Shown here piece after piece: positions 43,114 to 54,029 of a DNA stretch of 64,000 bases. The translations under genes were made by a program, and so were the position numbers. Each line of letters starts with the position of its first letter. The stretch's first letter is position 1. The stretch is from the NCBI RefSeq assembly GCF_003018235.1, contig NZ_CP027439.1; one strand, 5' to 3'. The notes beneath the pieces were generated by a model. That model saw only the letters and a list, made by a program, of their open reading frames with translations. It was not told the origin of the DNA and searched no databases. This DNA is from Escherichia coli. GTDB lineage: Bacteria > Pseudomonadota > Gammaproteobacteria > Enterobacterales > Enterobacteriaceae.

Positions 43114-43799
43114 ATCCGATGGATCGTATTCAACAAAAACATGCTCGTCAAATAGATCTGCTGGAAAATCTGACGGCAGTTATTCAGGATTATCCAAATC
43201 CAGCCTGTATCAGGGACGAAACTGGAAAATTTATTTTTTGCAATACGCTGTTTCATGAGTCATTTCTTACACAAGATCAAAGTGCTGAAAAATGGCTTCT
43301 GTCGCAGAGAGATTTTTGTGAATTGATCTCTGTCACAGAGATGGAAGCATACAGGAATGAGCATACGCATCTTAATCTTGTAGAGGATGTTTTTATTCAG
43401 AACAGATTCTGGACAATATCTATTCAGTCATTTCTTAATGGACACAGAAATATCATTCTGTGGCAATTTTATGATGCTGCTCATGTTCGTCATAAAGACA
43501 GTTATAATCAAAAAACGATTGTCAGTGATGATATCAGAAATATAATCAGAAGAATGAGTGATGATTCTTCTGTATCATCATATGTAAATGATGTCTTTTA
43601 CTTATATAGCACCGGAATCAGTCATAATGCTATAGCAAGAATATTAAACATATCCATCTCCACATCAAAGAAACACGCGTCTCTGATATGCGACTACTTC
43701 TCTGTTTCTAATAAAGATGAGTTAATCATCTTACTCTACAATAAAAAGTTTATTCATTATTTGTACGAGAAGGCTATGTGTATCATAAATACGCGTTAA
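43110..43799 (+). CDS. traJ: Transfer operon activator TraJ
   Basis: Start MYPMDRIQQKHARQIDLLENL with GAGG RBS; position between traM and traY. Confidence 0.85.
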   Translation: MYPMDRIQQKHARQIDLLENLTAVIQDYPNPACIRDETGKFIFCNTLFHESFLTQDQSAEKWLLSQRDFCELISVTEMEAYRNEHTHLNLVEDVFIQNRFWTISIQSFLNGHRNIILWQFYDAAHVRHKDSYNQKTIVSDDIRNIIRRMSDDSSVSSYVNDVFYLYSTGISHNAIARILNISISTSKKHASLICDYFSVSNKDELIILLYNKKFIHYLYEKAMCIINTR

Positions 43800-43897
43800 T
43801 AAAGTGTTAATAAAATATAGACTTTCCGTCTATTTACCTTTTCTGATTATTCTGCAAACATAAGTAGTAACCAGAAGATAAACAGCGGGAGGTGTTA

Positions 43898-44293
43898 TTG
43901 AAAAGATTTGGTACACGTTCTGCAACAGGTAAGATGGTAAAACTAAAATTACCTGTAGATGTGGAAAGTCTATTAATTGAGGCAAGTAACAGAAGCGGAA
44001 GAAGTCGATCGTTTGAGGCAGTAATAAGACTTAAAGATCATCTTCACCGCTATCCAAAGTTTAACAGGGCAGGGAATATCTATGGTAAGTCGCTGGTTAA
44101 GTATCTGACAATGCGTCTGGATGATGAAACTAACCAGCTACTTATTGCAGCCAAAAATCGTAGTGGATGGTGTAAAACAGATGAGGCTGCAGACAGAGTT
44201 ATTGATCATTTGATCAAGTTTCCTGATTTTTATAACTCGGAGATATTCAGGGAGGCAGATAAAGAGGAAGATATAACATTTAATACACTCTAG
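43898..44293 (+). CDS. traY: Relaxosome accessory protein TraY (TTG start)
   Basis: (M)KRFGTRSATGKMVKLKLPVDVESLLIEASNRSGRSRSFEAV... with GGGAGG RBS before TTG. Confidence 0.85.
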   Translation: MKRFGTRSATGKMVKLKLPVDVESLLIEASNRSGRSRSFEAVIRLKDHLHRYPKFNRAGNIYGKSLVKYLTMRLDDETNQLLIAAKNRSGWCKTDEAADRVIDHLIKFPDFYNSEIFREADKEEDITFNTL

Positions 44294-44325
44294 TTTTATT
44301 CATTTATCCGAAATTGAGGTAACTT

Positions 44326-44685
44326 ATGAATGCTGTTTTAAGTGTTCAGGGTGCTTCTGCGCCCGTCAAAAAGAAGTCGTTTTTTTCTAAATTCACTCGT
44401 CTGAATATGCTTCGCCTGGCTCGCGCTGTGATCCCGGCTGCTGTTCTGATGATGTTCTTCCCGCAACTGGCAATGGCAGCACAGGGCCAGGACCTGATGG
44501 CAAGCGGTAACACCACGGTTAAGGCGACCTTCGGTAAGGACTCCAGTGTTGTTAAATGGGTCGTTCTGGCTGAAGTTCTGGTCGGTGCGGTCATGTACAT
44601 GATGACCAAAAACGTCAAGTTCCTGGCCGGTTTTGCCATCATCTCTGTATTTATTGCTGTGGGTATGGCCGTCGTTGGCCTCTGA
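44326..44685 (+). CDS. traA: F-pilin precursor TraA
   Basis: 119 aa with long leader; mature part [50 protein letters not shown]. Confidence 0.95.
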
Positions 44686-44699
44686 CAGGAAATAAAACG

Positions 44700-45011
44700 A
44701 TGTCGGGAGACGAGAATAAACTTAAGAAATATCGTTTCCCGGAAACACTGACCAACCAGAGCCGCTGGTTTGGCCTGCCACTGGATGAACTGATCCCCGC
44801 AGCAATCTGTATTGGCTGGGGTATCACAACATCGAAATATCTGTTCGGTATTGGTGCAGCGGTTCTGGTTTATTTCGGGATTAAAAAACTGAAAAAAGGG
44901 CGGGGCAGTTCCTGGTTACGTGACCTGATTTACTGGTATATGCCAACAGCCCTGCTGCGCGGTATTTTTCATAATGTTCCCGATTCGTGTTTCCGGCAGT
45001 GGATTAAATAG
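44700..45011 (+). CDS. traL: Pilus assembly protein TraL
   Basis: F tra operon order and size (103 aa). Confidence 0.85.
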
Positions 45012-45032
45012 AACTGATACCAGGATTGTTAT

Positions 45033-45599
45033 ATGGAACACGGTGCCCGTTTAAGTACCAGTCGTGTAATGGCCATCGCCTTTATATTTATGTCAGTGCT
45101 TATTGTTCTCAGCCTCTCTGTTAACGTCATTCAGGGGGTGAATAACTACCGTCTTCAGAATGAGCAACGCACTGCCGTGACGCCAATGGCATTTAATGCC
45201 CCCTTTGCCGTGTCACAGAACAGTGCCGACGCCTCTTATTTACAGCAGATGGCGCTGTCATTTATTGCCCTCCGTCTGAATGTTTCATCAGAAACCGTCG
45301 ATGCCTCACATCAGGCGCTTCTGCAATATATCCGCCCGGGTGCACAGAACCAGATGAAAGTTATTCTGGCTGAAGAAGCGAAGCGTATTAAAAACGATAA
45401 CGTGAACTCAGCCTTTTTCCAGACCAGTGTTCGTGTCTGGCCTCAGTATGGCCGTGTGGAAATTCGTGGTGTGCTTAAAACCTGGATTGGTGATTCAAAA
45501 CCTTTCACTGATATCAAACATTACATCCTTATTCTGAAGCGGGAAAACGGGGTGACCTGGCTGGATAATTTCGGGGAAACAGACGATGAGAAAAAATAA
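45033..45599 (+). CDS. traE: Pilus assembly protein TraE
   Basis: 188 aa with N-terminal TM; F order. Confidence 0.85.
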   Translation: MEHGARLSTSRVMAIAFIFMSVLIVLSLSVNVIQGVNNYRLQNEQRTAVTPMAFNAPFAVSQNSADASYLQQMALSFIALRLNVSSETVDASHQALLQYIRPGAQNQMKVILAEEAKRIKNDNVNSAFFQTSVRVWPQYGRVEIRGVLKTWIGDSKPFTDIKHYILILKRENGVTWLDNFGETDDEKK

Positions 45600-46314
45600 T
45601 ACAGCAATAATATTCGGCGGCCTGTTTTTTTCCTGCAGCGTGATGGCCGGAGCCGGTACGCTGGCACCCACCGTGGTGCCAATGGTGAACGGTGGTCAGG
45701 CCAGTATTGCCATCAGCAATACCAGCCCGAATCTGTTTACCGTTCCCGGTGACCGGATTATCGCCGTGAACAGTCTGGATGGTGCCCTGACCAGTAATGA
45801 GCAGACCGCCTCCGGCGGTGTGGTGGTTGCCACCGTCAACAAAAAGCCCTTTACGTTCATTCTGGAAACAGAACGTGGTCTGAATCTTTCCATTCAGGCC
45901 GTTCCCCGTGAAGGCGCGGGGCGTACCATTCAGCTGGTCAGTGACCTGCGCGGAACCGGAGAAGAAGCCGGTACGTGGGAAACGTCCACGCCTTACGAAT
46001 CCCTGCTTGTGACCATCAGCCAGGCCGTCCGTGGCGGAAAATTACCCGCAGGCTGGTATCAGGTCCCGGTGACAAAGGAAACCCTGCAGGCCCCGGCGGG
46101 GCTGTCTTCAGTGGCAGATGCCGTATGGACGGGGAATCACCTGAAGATGGTCCGCTTTGCCGTGGAAAATAAAACGCTGTCTGCCCTGAATATCCGGGAA
46201 AGTGACTTCTGGCAGCCGGGAACCCGTGCCGTGATGTTCAGCCAGCCTGCCAGCCAGTTACTGGCAGGTGCGCGCATGGATGTGTATGTCATCCGTGACG
46301 GGGAGGGCAACTGA
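45586..46314 (+). CDS. traK: Secretin-like protein TraK
   Basis: 242 aa with signal peptide; F order. Confidence 0.85.
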   Translation: MRKNNTAIIFGGLFFSCSVMAGAGTLAPTVVPMVNGGQASIAISNTSPNLFTVPGDRIIAVNSLDGALTSNEQTASGGVVVATVNKKPFTFILETERGLNLSIQAVPREGAGRTIQLVSDLRGTGEEAGTWETSTPYESLLVTISQAVRGGKLPAGWYQVPVTKETLQAPAGLSSVADAVWTGNHLKMVRFAVENKTLSALNIRESDFWQPGTRAVMFSQPASQLLAGARMDVYVIRDGEGN

Positions 46315-47741
46315 TGGCCAGTATCAATACCATTGTGAAACGCAAGCAGTACCTGTGGCTGGGGATTGTGGTTGTCGGTACAGCCTCCGCGATTGGTGGG
46401 GCACTGTATCTGTCTGATGTGGACATGTCCGGTAACGGTGAAACCGTGGCTGAACAGGAGCCTGTGCCGGATATGACCGGTGTGGTGGATACGACCTTTG
46501 ATGACAAGGTGCGTCAGCATGCCACCACAGAGATGCAGGTGACGGCAGCGCAGATGCAGAAGCAGTATGAGGAAATCCGTCGTGAGCTGGATGTTCTGAA
46601 CAAACAGCGCGGTGATGACCAGCGTCGTATTGAAAAGCTGGGACAGGACAATGCCGCCCTGGCAGAGCAGGTAAAAGCCCTGGGTGCTAATCCCGTCACG
46701 GCGACCGGTGAGCCTGTACCGCAGATGCCTGCCTCACCGCCCGGCCCGGAAGGCGAACCACAGCCAGGAAACACACCCGTATCTTTCCCGCCGCAGGGCA
46801 GCGTTGCTGTTCCACCGCCGACGGCGTTTTATCCCGGGAATGGTGTCACGCCACCACCACAGGTGACGTACCAGTCTGTGCCGGTGCCTAACCGGATACA
46901 GCGTAAGGTGTTTACCCGTAATGAGGGAAAACAGGGACCCTCGCTGCCGTACATTCCGTCAGGAAGTTTTGCGAAAGCCATGCTGATTGAAGGGGCGGAT
47001 GCCAATGCCTCTGTCACTGGTAATGAATCCACGGTGCCGATGCAGCTGCGTATCACCGGCCTGGTGGAAATGCCGAACAGCAAAACGTATGACGCAAAGG
47101 GATGTTTTGTGGGTCTGGAAGCCTGGGGGGATGTCTCCAGTGAGCGTGCCATTGTACGTACCCGCAATATCAGCTGCCTGAAGGACGGCAAAACCATTGA
47201 TATGCCGATTAAGGGGCATGTCAGCTTCCGGGGTAAAAACGGTATTAAGGGCGAAGTGGTGATGCGTAACGGCAAAATCCTCGGCTGGGCATGGGGCGCG
47301 GGATTTGTTGACGGTATCGGTCAGGGAATGGAGCGTGCTTCCCAGCCGGCTGTCGGGCTGGGTGCCACTGCTGCTTACGGGGCCGGCGATGTCCTTAAAA
47401 TGGGTATCGGTGGCGGCGCATCGAAAGCCGCACAGACGCTCAGTGACTACTACATCAAACGTGCCGAACAGTATCACCCGGTGATACCGATTGGTGCGGG
47501 CAACGAAGTGACCGTGGTGTTCCAGGACGGCTTCCAGCTGAAAACCGTGGAAGAGATGGCGCTGGAGCGCACGCAGAACAGAGCGGAAGAAGATAATCCG
47601 GAAAGTCCGGTTCCTGTTCCGCCATCAGCTGAAAGTCATCTTAACGGCTTTAATACTGACCAGATGCTGAAGCAGCTGGGCAACCTGAATCCGCAGCAGT
47701 TTATGTCCGGCAGCCAGGGAGGAGGCAACGATGGCAAATAA
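46314..47741 (+). CDS. traB: T4SS core protein TraB (VirB10-like)
   Basis: 475 aa, N-terminal TM, coiled-coil and proline-rich region. Confidence 0.9.
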   Translation: MASINTIVKRKQYLWLGIVVVGTASAIGGALYLSDVDMSGNGETVAEQEPVPDMTGVVDTTFDDKVRQHATTEMQVTAAQMQKQYEEIRRELDVLNKQRGDDQRRIEKLGQDNAALAEQVKALGANPVTATGEPVPQMPASPPGPEGEPQPGNTPVSFPPQGSVAVPPPTAFYPGNGVTPPPQVTYQSVPVPNRIQRKVFTRNEGKQGPSLPYIPSGSFAKAMLIEGADANASVTGNESTVPMQLRITGLVEMPNSKTYDAKGCFVGLEAWGDVSSERAIVRTRNISCLKDGKTIDMPIKGHVSFRGKNGIKGEVVMRNGKILGWAWGAGFVDGIGQGMERASQPAVGLGATAAYGAGDVLKMGIGGGASKAAQTLSDYYIKRAEQYHPVIPIGAGNEVTVVFQDGFQLKTVEEMALERTQNRAEEDNPESPVPVPPSAESHLNGFNTDQMLKQLGNLNPQQFMSGSQGGGNDGK

Positions 47742-48318
47742 TATGTCGTCCCGTCAGGCGTGCCATGCCGCCCGGTATGTTGTCGCCCGGGTTCTGCGAG
47801 GACTGTTCTGGTGTCTGAAATACGCCGTCATTCTGCCACTGGCCACAATGGCCCTGATGGCTCTGTTTGTTTTATGGAAGGACAACACCACGCCGGGAAA
47901 ATTGCTGGTTCAGGAGATCGAGTTTGTAAGGGGCAGAACGCCAGCGGGGTTATATCCGGTCCGATACTGCTCGAACAGTTTTGGTTCCGATTTAGCGATG
48001 CCTCCGTCTGTAACGTGCGGTTTTCGCCGGGGGGATGCTGCAGAATATGCCAGGGAGACTGACCGGTCACTGATGCAACTGTTCACCGCATTATGGGCAA
48101 CGCTGGCACTGATGTATGTCTCGCTGGCGGTGATCTCCGGAAAATGTCCGATGCGACCCGGAAAAATGAAATGTGTCCGGGTGGTAACCGCAGATGAACA
48201 TCTGAAGGAAGTTCTTACGGAAGATGCTTCCCTGCCGGAAAAAATCAGGAAATGGCCTGTTTATCTTCCTGATGACAGAACAAACAGAAACAACGGAGAT
48301 AAAAATGAACATGCGTAA
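47731..48318 (+). CDS. traP: Conjugal transfer protein TraP
   Basis: 195-aa membrane protein in F position. Confidence 0.75.
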   Translation: MANNMSSRQACHAARYVVARVLRGLFWCLKYAVILPLATMALMALFVLWKDNTTPGKLLVQEIEFVRGRTPAGLYPVRYCSNSFGSDLAMPPSVTCGFRRGDAAEYARETDRSLMQLFTALWATLALMYVSLAVISGKCPMRPGKMKCVRVVTADEHLKEVLTEDASLPEKIRKWPVYLPDDRTNRNNGDKNEHA

Positions 48319-48625
48319 TATTAATGTTATTACAGCCCTCTCTGTGCCGGGTAAAACCGTGTCAGATGATTTTATTCATGCTGTTCTCAGTAACTGCGCC
48401 ACAAGAATCGTACTTCCTGCACCGGAGAAATTCGGTTCTGAGTCATTGCCGCACAATTTTAATATGGCTGCTGTCGGTGTGATGAAGAAGGGTATGTCGA
48501 TGAGCTTATTTTCTTCTCCGGGGCATATTGTGGTTGCCGGACAATCCGGTGACGGAAAATCTGTTCCGGTGAAAGAACTAATCGACAGAATTATTCAGAA
48601 ATATAAGGAACCCTTCGATGAATAA
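48305..48625 (+). CDS. trbD: Conjugal transfer protein TrbD (by position)
   Basis: 106-aa ORF between traP and trbG. Confidence 0.55.
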   Translation: MNMRNINVITALSVPGKTVSDDFIHAVLSNCATRIVLPAPEKFGSESLPHNFNMAAVGVMKKGMSMSLFSSPGHIVVAGQSGDGKSVPVKELIDRIIQKYKEPFDE

Positions 48626-48869
48626 GCTGGTTTCTGATGGCAGCGTCAAAAAAATAAATTATCCGGTGCTGTATGAGTCCGTAATAACACCTCCGTTATG
48701 TGAAGTCAGTGCACCAGAACCTGATGCGGGTGGGAAACGCATTGTGGCATATGTTTATAAATCATCACGGAATACGGTTTTTGAAAATCCTGACATTGTA
48801 AAAACCTGTACGGTCAGGGATTTGAAGAATGATTTTGTGAACTGCGATGAGAAAGGTGAGGGACAATGA
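48618..48869 (+). CDS. trbG: Conjugal transfer protein TrbG
   Basis: 83-aa ORF in F position. Confidence 0.65.
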   Translation: MNKLVSDGSVKKINYPVLYESVITPPLCEVSAPEPDAGGKRIVAYVYKSSRNTVFENPDIVKTCTVRDLKNDFVNCDEKGEGQ

Positions 48870-49381
48870 AACAGATTTCTTTATTTATTCCTCTGCTGGG
48901 GACCTTATTACTTTCCGGCTGTGCCGGAACCAGTACGGAATTTGAGTGTAACGCCACCACATCCGATACCTGTATGACGATGGAGCAGGCCAATGAGAAG
49001 GCCAAAAAACTGGAGCAGTCCTCAGAAGCAAAGCCGGTTGCGGCATCACTGCCGCGCCTGGCTGAAGGGAACTTCCGGACAATGCCGGTGCAGACCGTCA
49101 CCGCGACCACTCCGTCCGGCAGCGGGCCTGTAGTGACTGCACTTCCGGAGCAGAAACTGCTGGCACCACGCCCGCTGTTTACCGCTGCCCGGGAAGTGAA
49201 AACGGTTGTTCCGGTCAGCTCAGTTGCGCCGGTAACGCCTCCCCGTCCGTTAAGAACGGGTGAGCAGACGGCAGCATTATGGATAGCACCATATATTGAT
49301 AATCAGGATGTTTATCATCAGCCATCCAGTGTGTTTTTTGTTATTAAACCATCTGCGTGGGGAAAACCACGTATTAATTAA
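48866..49381 (+). CDS. traV: Outer-membrane lipoprotein TraV
   Basis: Lipobox LLLSGCAG; 171 aa; F order. Confidence 0.9.
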   Translation: MKQISLFIPLLGTLLLSGCAGTSTEFECNATTSDTCMTMEQANEKAKKLEQSSEAKPVAASLPRLAEGNFRTMPVQTVTATTPSGSGPVVTALPEQKLLAPRPLFTAAREVKTVVPVSSVAPVTPPRPLRTGEQTAALWIAPYIDNQDVYHQPSSVFFVIKPSAWGKPRIN

Positions 49382-49515
49382 CTGGCCCTGAAGTTGTATA
49401 TCAGCCGGCAATGCCGGCGGGCTTTCTGTATTCAAAATCTGCCTGTAAAACGAGTGCCCTGTGCGTGAAAAGGGATGGGCGGTAGCGTGTCAGAACATGT
49501 CGGGAGGAATATTCC

Positions 49516-49737
49516 GTGAGTGATGAAGCCGATGAAGCATATTCAGTGACAGAACAGATGACCATGACAGGAATAAACCGGATACGCCAGAAAATAAATG
49601 CTCATGGTATTCCTGTTTATCTCTGTGAAGCATGCGGTAATCCTATTCCGGAAGCCCGGCGGAAAATATTTCCCGGTGTGACGTTATGTGTTGAATGTCA
49701 GGCGGATCAGGAAAGGCAGAGGAAACACTATGCATAA
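49516..49737 (+). CDS. traR: TraR (DksA/TraR C4 zinc-finger family)
   Basis: 73 aa with CEACGNPIPEARRKIFPGVTLCVEC zinc finger. Confidence 0.9.
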   Translation: MSDEADEAYSVTEQMTMTGINRIRQKINAHGIPVYLCEACGNPIPEARRKIFPGVTLCVECQADQERQRKHYA

Positions 49738-50203
49738 ATCAGAAACTGAAAAAATAGATTCTATCCTGGATGAACATCAACAGATATATCGCAGACATAA
49801 CCGAATAGATAACATCCTGGCGTTTTTTGCGTGTATTGCATGGATTCCCTGTATTATTGCTGCGTTCGGCGTTGATGGTATATATCTGAAAATCCTGTTT
49901 GCGGTCCTTGCCTGCTGTGGTGCGGTATGCTTTTTTATTTTCTTCTTCACCCTCCTGCCGGAATCACTCATGGTCCTCAGCCGTCAGAGCCTGCTTCAGC
50001 TTATGCGTCTGACTGAAGACGTACCGGATGCGAGACAGGAACTGCTTAACCGTCTGCTGTCCGGTAAAAAACTGACTGGTCGGAATGAAAAGGATATCCG
50101 GCGTCTCTGGCAGGATAAAGTGGATGCAATGCAGGAGTCTGCCACCCGTCAGCGTGAACAGGATACCATTCGGAAGTTTGCTGAAGAGAGTAAATCTGAA
50201 TGA
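49730..50203 (+). CDS. Hypothetical membrane protein inserted between traR and traC
   Basis: 157 aa from MHKSETEKID; two predicted TM helices; no counterpart in canonical F order. Confidence 0.55.
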   Translation: MHKSETEKIDSILDEHQQIYRRHNRIDNILAFFACIAWIPCIIAAFGVDGIYLKILFAVLACCGAVCFFIFFFTLLPESLMVLSRQSLLQLMRLTEDVPDARQELLNRLLSGKKLTGRNEKDIRRLWQDKVDAMQESATRQREQDTIRKFAEESKSE

Positions 50204-50527
50204 AAATCTGCTGTGTTTTATAACCTCATAAGTTAACTGAAGGAATATTCAGTGATTAATATTTAACTGGAGGTAATAAAGAATGCATACCTTTATCTTT
50301 CTTGTGCTGATGAAAAATGTTGGCGGTGGTGGTATCTGGAATATTACACCCATGCCAAATACGGATGTATGTGCACAGATCCTTCGGAGAATAGAAGCGC
50401 GTGGAGGCAGGGCTTAGGAAATTCAGGGGAGTGTATTGAAGTTAAAACAAATGAACCTTTGAACAACGTGATGGAAACACTGAATGGTGATGGGCAATGA
50501 GTGCTTACTGCTTCGAAGGAAAATGAA

Positions 50528-50890
50528 ATGAAGTCGATATATTTAAAATCTGTTCTGGCTTTTATATTTGTTGGCGTTATGGCTATGTTGATATGTGGTC
50601 TTTTTTACAATGATTACCTTGAGCAACAACCTGCAACACCAGAACAACTGACAGAGATTACACAGGATATCCCCTGTGCAGCAGAAGCATTTAAGGAAGC
50701 TATTAAGTCTGACACATCTGATTATCAGCCTGAACCTTTAAGTCTTGGTAAGGCAAAAGAGCTTGCATCAGCGTGTAGAGAAAGAAACGAAATGGCAGAG
50801 GTGAAACGGGTAAGAGAAAATGAGCGCAATAAGATTCGCGAAAAACAAATTCAGGCATTAAATGATGCTCATTCAGTAAAGGAACGTTAA
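50528..50890 (+). CDS. Hypothetical protein with N-terminal TM/signal segment
   Basis: 120 aa from MKSIYLKSVLAFIFVGVMAMLICG; no counterpart in canonical F order. Confidence 0.5.
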   Translation: MKSIYLKSVLAFIFVGVMAMLICGLFYNDYLEQQPATPEQLTEITQDIPCAAEAFKEAIKSDTSDYQPEPLSLGKAKELASACRERNEMAEVKRVRENERNKIREKQIQALNDAHSVKER

Positions 50891-51015
50891 TCCTGGTTTC
50901 CTGTTAAAAGCCTCCATCTCTTATTTGTGCTGTGGTTTCAGGAATGGCACTGCGTGATATATCCACGGCCACAGACTGATATTTTCCTTTTTTAAACGCA
51001 CTAAGGAATACTCAT

Positions 51016-53646
51016 ATGAGTAATAACCCACTTGAGGCCGTCACTCAGGCGGTTAACTCCCTCGTCACAGCACTGAAACTGCCTGACGAATCAGCAAAGG
51101 CCAATGAAGTGCTGGGCGAAATGAGCTTCCCGCAGTTCAGCCGTCTGCTGCCGTACCGTGATTACAACCAGGAATCCGGTCTGTTCATGAATGACACCAC
51201 GATGGGCTTTATGCTGGAAGCCATTCCCATCAATGGGGCGAATGAGTCCATTGTGGAGGCCCTCGATCATATGCTGCGCACCAAACTGCCGCGCGGTATT
51301 CCGTTGTGTATCCATCTGATGTCCAGTCAGCTGGTTGGTGACAGGATTGAATACGGGCTGCGTGAGTTCTCCTGGTCTGGCGAACAGGCCGAACGGTTTA
51401 ACGCCATTACCCGTGCCTATTATATGAAAGCGGCAGCGACACAGTTTCCGCTGCCGGAGGGGATGAATCTGCCCCTGACCCTGCGCCATTACCGGGTGTT
51501 TATCTCGTACTGTTCTCCCTCGAAGAAAAAAAGCCGGGCTGACATTCTGGAAATGGAAAATCTGGTGAAAATCATCCGTGCCTCTTTTCACGGCGCAAAA
51601 ATCACCACACAGACAGTGGATGCACAGGCTTTCATCGAGATTGTCGGGGAGATGATTAACCATAATCCGGACTCTCTGTACCCGAAAAGACGTCAGCTGG
51701 ACCCGTATTCTGATCTGAATTATCAGTGTGTGGAGGACAGTTTTGATCTGAAGGTCCGGGCGGATTACCTGACGCTGGGGCTGCGTGAGAACGGCAGGAA
51801 CAGCACAGCCCGTATCCTGAATTTCCATCTGGCCCGTAACCCGGAAATCGCCTTCCTGTGGAACATGGCCGATAACTACAGCAATCTGCTGAACCCGGAA
51901 ATGTCCATTTCCTGCCCGTTCATCCTGACGCTGACACTGGTGGTGGAAGATCAGGTGAAAACCCACAGTGAAGCCAACCTGAAGTACATGGACCTGGAGA
52001 AAAAGTCGAAGACCTCCTATGCCAAATGGTTTCCGTCCGTGGAGAAAGAGGCGAAGGAGTGGGGGGAACTGCGCCAGCGGCTGGGCTCCGGTCAGTCTTC
52101 TGTCGTGTCCTACTTCCTTAACATCACAGCATTCTGCAAGGATAACAATGAAACGGCTCTGGAAGTGGAGCAGGACATTCTGAACAGCTTTCGTAAAAAC
52201 GGTTTTGAGCTGATTTCACCGCGCTTTAACCACATGCGCAATTTCCTGACCTGCCTGCCCTTTATGGCCGGGAAAGGGCTGTTTAAACAGCTGAAAGAGG
52301 CCGGTGTGGTTCAGCGCGCAGAGAGCTTTAATGTGGCCAACCTGATGCCGTTAGTGGCGGATAACCCCCTGACACCGGCAGGCCTGCTGGCACCCACCTA
52401 CCGTAACCAGCTGGCGTTTATCGATATCTTCTTTAAGGGGATGAATAACACCAACTACAACATGGCGGTCTGTGGCACCTCCGGGGCCGGTAAAACCGGG
52501 CTGATACAGCCACTTATCCGCAGCGTGCTGGACTCCGGGGGCTTTGCCGTGGTGTTCGACATGGGGGATGGCTACAAGTCTTTGTGTGAGAACATGGGGG
52601 GCGTATATCTGGACGGTGAAACCCTGCGCTTTAACCCGTTTGCGAACATCACTGATATTGACCAGTCAGCGGAGCGTGTCCGTGACCAGTTGTCGGTGAT
52701 GGCCAGCCCCAACGGTAACCTGGATGAAGTGCATGAAGGTCTGTTGCTGCAGGCGGTCAGAGCCTCCTGGCTGGCTAAAAAGAAGCAGGCGCGCATTGAT
52801 GATGTGGTGGATTTCCTGAAAAACGCCCGTGATAACGACCAGTATGTCGAGTCACCGACCATCCGCAGCCGTCTGGACGAAATGATTGTGCTGCTTGACC
52901 AGTACACTGCCAACGGCACTTACGGCCGGTATTTTAACTCTGATGAACCGTCCCTACGGGATGATGCCAGAATGGTGGTGCTGGAGCTGGGCGGACTGGA
53001 AGACCGTCCGTCACTGCTGGTTGCGGTGATGTTCAGCCTTATCATTTACATCGAGAACCGGATGTACCGCACGCCGCGTAACCTCAAGAAACTGAACGTC
53101 ATTGATGAAGGCTGGCGTCTGCTGGACTTCAAAAATCGTAAAGTTGGTGAGTTTATTCAAAAAGGTTACCGCACCTGTCGCCGTCATACCGGTGCCTATA
53201 TCACCATCACACAGAACATCGTCGACTTTGACTCTGACAAGGCATCCAGCGCAGCCCGTGCGGCATGGGGTAACTCCTCCTACAAAATTATCCTCAAACA
53301 GAGTGCGAAGGAGTTCGCGAAATATAACCAGTTATTCCCGGATCAGTTCCAGCCACTGCAGCGCGACATGATTGGTAAGTTTGGTGCGGCCAAAGACCAG
53401 TGGTTCAGTTCCTTCCTGCTGCAGGTGGAAAACCATTCCTCCTGGCACCGTCTGTTTGTGGACCCGTTAAGCCGTGCCATGTACAGCTCTGACGGCCCGG
53501 ATTTTGAGTTTGTGCAGCAGAAACGCAGAGAGGGTATGAGTATTCATGAGGCGGTGTGGCAGCTGGCGTGGAAGAAATCGGGGCCGGAGATGGCTTCGCT
53601 GGAGGCCTGGCTGGAAGAACATGAGAAATACAGGAGTGTTGCATGA
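51016..53646 (+). CDS. traC: T4SS ATPase TraC (VirB4-like)
   Basis: 876 aa; Walker A GTSGAGKTG. Confidence 0.95.
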   Translation: MSNNPLEAVTQAVNSLVTALKLPDESAKANEVLGEMSFPQFSRLLPYRDYNQESGLFMNDTTMGFMLEAIPINGANESIVEALDHMLRTKLPRGIPLCIHLMSSQLVGDRIEYGLREFSWSGEQAERFNAITRAYYMKAAATQFPLPEGMNLPLTLRHYRVFISYCSPSKKKSRADILEMENLVKIIRASFHGAKITTQTVDAQAFIEIVGEMINHNPDSLYPKRRQLDPYSDLNYQCVEDSFDLKVRADYLTLGLRENGRNSTARILNFHLARNPEIAFLWNMADNYSNLLNPEMSISCPFILTLTLVVEDQVKTHSEANLKYMDLEKKSKTSYAKWFPSVEKEAKEWGELRQRLGSGQSSVVSYFLNITAFCKDNNETALEVEQDILNSFRKNGFELISPRFNHMRNFLTCLPFMAGKGLFKQLKEAGVVQRAESFNVANLMPLVADNPLTPAGLLAPTYRNQLAFIDIFFKGMNNTNYNMAVCGTSGAGKTGLIQPLIRSVLDSGGFAVVFDMGDGYKSLCENMGGVYLDGETLRFNPFANITDIDQSAERVRDQLSVMASPNGNLDEVHEGLLLQAVRASWLAKKKQARIDDVVDFLKNARDNDQYVESPTIRSRLDEMIVLLDQYTANGTYGRYFNSDEPSLRDDARMVVLELGGLEDRPSLLVAVMFSLIIYIENRMYRTPRNLKKLNVIDEGWRLLDFKNRKVGEFIQKGYRTCRRHTGAYITITQNIVDFDSDKASSAARAAWGNSSYKIILKQSAKEFAKYNQLFPDQFQPLQRDMIGKFGAAKDQWFSSFLLQVENHSSWHRLFVDPLSRAMYSSDGPDFEFVQQKRREGMSIHEAVWQLAWKKSGPEMASLEAWLEEHEKYRSVA

Positions 53647-54029
53647 CCACAACGCAAAAAACGACTGACGTTACAGCCCGTCGACGCAGCCACTGGTGGT
53701 GGACGGTGCCGGGATGCCTGGCAATGGTGTTACTGAACGCAGCCGTCAGTTACGGCATTGTCAGACTGAACGCACCAGTGACTGTCGCCTTCAACATGAA
53801 ACAGACCGTGGATGCGTTTTTTGACAGCGCCAGTCAGAAACAACTGTCAGAAGCACAGTCAAAAGCCCTTTCAGCGCGTTTTAATACGGCACTGGAAGCC
53901 AGCCTGCTGACGTGGCAGCAGAAACACCACGCGGTCATTCTGGTTTCGCCTGCCGTGGTACAGGGGGCACCGGATATCACCCGGGAAATCCAGCAGGATA
54001 TTGCCCGGCGGATGAGGGCGGAGCCATGA
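53643..54029 (+). CDS. trbI: Conjugal transfer protein TrbI
   Basis: 128 aa with N-terminal TM; F order. Confidence 0.85.
   Translation: MTTTQKTTDVTARRRSHWWWTVPGCLAMVLLNAAVSYGIVRLNAPVTVAFNMKQTVDAFFDSASQKQLSEAQSKALSARFNTALEASLLTWQQKHHAVILVSPAVVQGAPDITREIQQDIARRMRAEP

Noticed and set aside
51091-51966. 291-aa minus-strand ORF inside traC, and similar antisense ORFs within traN, traH and other tra genes
   Set aside because: Antisense to well-supported F-type tra genes with no independent support.
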